The notes beneath the pieces were generated by a model. It did not search any database. It saw only the letters and a program-made list of their open reading frames with translations, and was not told the DNA's origin. From Lepidodermella squamata (Eukaryota; Animalia; Gastrotricha), in assembly GCA_047495785.1 (NCBI GenBank), contig JBLDXI010000074.1, forward strand, positions 372,001 to 436,000: a DNA stretch of 64,000 bases, given 5' to 3'. A program made the position numbers and the translations under genes. Of this stretch, positions 62,047 to 64,000 are shown piece by piece; the stretch's first letter is position 1; every line of letters starts with the position of its first letter.

Positions 62047-64000
62047 TAGCAGCACCGGGTTTAGGTCCCATTCTATCCTACTCGTCCCCCTCTATTCATC
62101 TAACTATATCACTAGGTGCAAGTTTTTGGAAGTCTGTAAGGTCCACGGGTAGTTTTACTTTTACTAATAATGTCGCACTTCACCAAAAATAAATAAGAAA
62201 AATGAAACACATATATGATGTAACATTCATATAGTAAACGCGCTGGGAAGAGAGTAAAAAAGCAGAGACTGAGGAAAAACGAGTATGAGTGACGAGTTTT
62301 CCCGGCGGTATAGAGTGTACAGATGGGTTTGCTCGAATTCGATCGACATCTGCTGCTAAGTCGTAGAGGAATTTTTCGCGGCTATATCGCATTTATCACT
62401 ATATAAATCCTTCGCTCATTTTGGCTCACTGAGCCACTGTTGCGCCACTAAGCCGCGCACATAGTGACTCGTGCGCGCAAACAACCTCCGCGGATTAGTC
62501 AAACACCATGTTATCAGCAGATGTATAGGAACACGAATTTCCCCCATTACTATCACAACTGCTTCAGCTTGCGAGAAATATATATTAATATAATTAAAAA
62601 TTAACGGAATAGCCTTAACCGCCATCATAACGCAAAAACTGTGTAGCACCTTAAAAGGGTGATTTTTTGGCGCCCGGGTGCTCCCTAACCGCCCGGTTGA
62701 TTCTCGATTTTTTTATGTCGTTGGATAGCTGATGACCTGACTTAGATGGCAGGCCTAAACCGCCAGTAGTAAAACCTATTGCTTTCGTAAAAAGTCAGTC
62801 GCTGTAATGCTACAACGTGGGTGCTGATACACCGCGGCGACCCAAAAGGGTGATCCTTTGGCGTTTGGCTGCTCTCTTAAGACTGGCGCGAGTAATGCGC
62901 TAGGAAGTTATGCGCACTCACACTACCTGTTAAAAATGGTCTTTTGTTTGTTTTGCTATTGTTGACACAAATTTAAGCCGATAGCTCACTATGGCTCACT
63001 TTGGCTCATTGATTTAGCACCTTGTATACGCCTCGCTCATATACCTAATAAAGGTGAAGTTGAAACAGGTGAAAAATTTCGAGGAATAAATTGTTGCGGA
63101 CCTACTTGATAACGTCGACTTTCGGCTGGTTATTCAGAGTGGCAGACAAACAGTTTCATGAGACGACTCGAAAATAGGCATGTCGAAAGGGCCCTTGAAA
63201 TTCAAGTAGAGACACAATACTAGATCAGATTTGATTAATTAAATTCGCACCTTGAACAGTAATGCAACACGTGGAGCGTAGAGGTAACTTCCACAGAAGA
63301 TCAGCCTGGCATCGCACGGCGACCAACTTTCTGAAATTCAAACAATATACATTAATTTTGACATTATCGTCGACATTGCCGAGCGAATTGTCTTCGAAAT
63401 CAGCGTCATAGTCGAATTCGTCAGTAGCCTCTTCAAATTCGTCATCAACAGCGTTATACGCATTATCGGCAGGTTTAAATCGCTTAGCCGAACCGTAGTA
63501 GTAGACCGAATTATTTTCCTTGTCGTTACTCATACAGCAGTATAATCCAGTCAAACGCGCAGATGTGAAGAAATTATCAATTCAAAGCGATTCCGGAAGC
63601 AAGATGAGTCAAATAACCGATGAACGATGATAATACGCAATCTATATACGGGAATGAAATATATACAATACAGACTTATAATATAGTAGCGGCAGCATTG
63701 TTCGAAATTGATCTAATGTAACAAGCAATCAAGTGAAAAATTCAACTGTAAACCCAAGAAACGGGCGTGAGAGCTGGAAAATATAAAATAACACAACCGC
63801 ATTTTAGTTGTTGGCATGAAATCACGCGGAGATTTCTTGCTGGAACAGCGCCAGCATCAAAGCTCAAAAGATCCATGTACATAATCTATAGGATGAGCTA
63901 GCCAAAATCGCGCGGTGCGCGTAAAAAACACAAAAAAAGCGAGGTGTGGAACAAAAACGCGCCAAGTGTCAAGGTTTTATGAAAAATAATTTTAATTGAA

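Noticed and set aside
63225-63554. Acidic ORF, possibly a piggyBac-type N-terminus
   Set aside because: Low complexity only; no DDD core or TIR identified
63835-63862. Minus-strand FDAGAV as a distant NOB1 exon 1
   Set aside because: Weak match, no good splice context and 51 kb away

Overview
Eukaryotic (animal) genomic DNA with short GT-AG introns (mostly about 40-70 nt). The left half (1-34 kb) is very gene-dense housekeeping DNA: OSGEP; TAB1-like, NEDD8, SDR16C x2; NOB1, KIAA1143; Nopp140, NUBP2, ATP5F1E, TMEM147, gamma-tubulin, UAP1; WARS, TRIP13, EMC4, cytochrome b5. These genes form same-strand clusters with 67-670 bp spacers, and most carry a T-rich AG acceptor just 5' of the ATG, which suggests SL-trans-spliced operons. 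The right half (35-64 kb) is accessory and TE-rich: a fucosyltransferase-like gene, a kinase-pseudokinase-ankyrin gene followed by a decayed kinase tail, a divergent bestrophin possibly fused to a coiled-coil region, a Pif-like ChtBD2+LamG gene, several MITE/TIR elements and a minimal hammerhead ribozyme in a TSD-flanked Penelope-type insert. Main observations: Nopp140 with three RanBP2-ZnF/RGG modules, the operon-like layout, the tandem kinase-ANK gene, the hammerhead, a 108-bp hairpin intron in NOB1 with an unlocated catalytic 5' exon, and stop-containing cassette exons in CYB5 and ATP5F1E. A spiralian origin is suggested by inference only. All family assignments are by eye; no searches were run.
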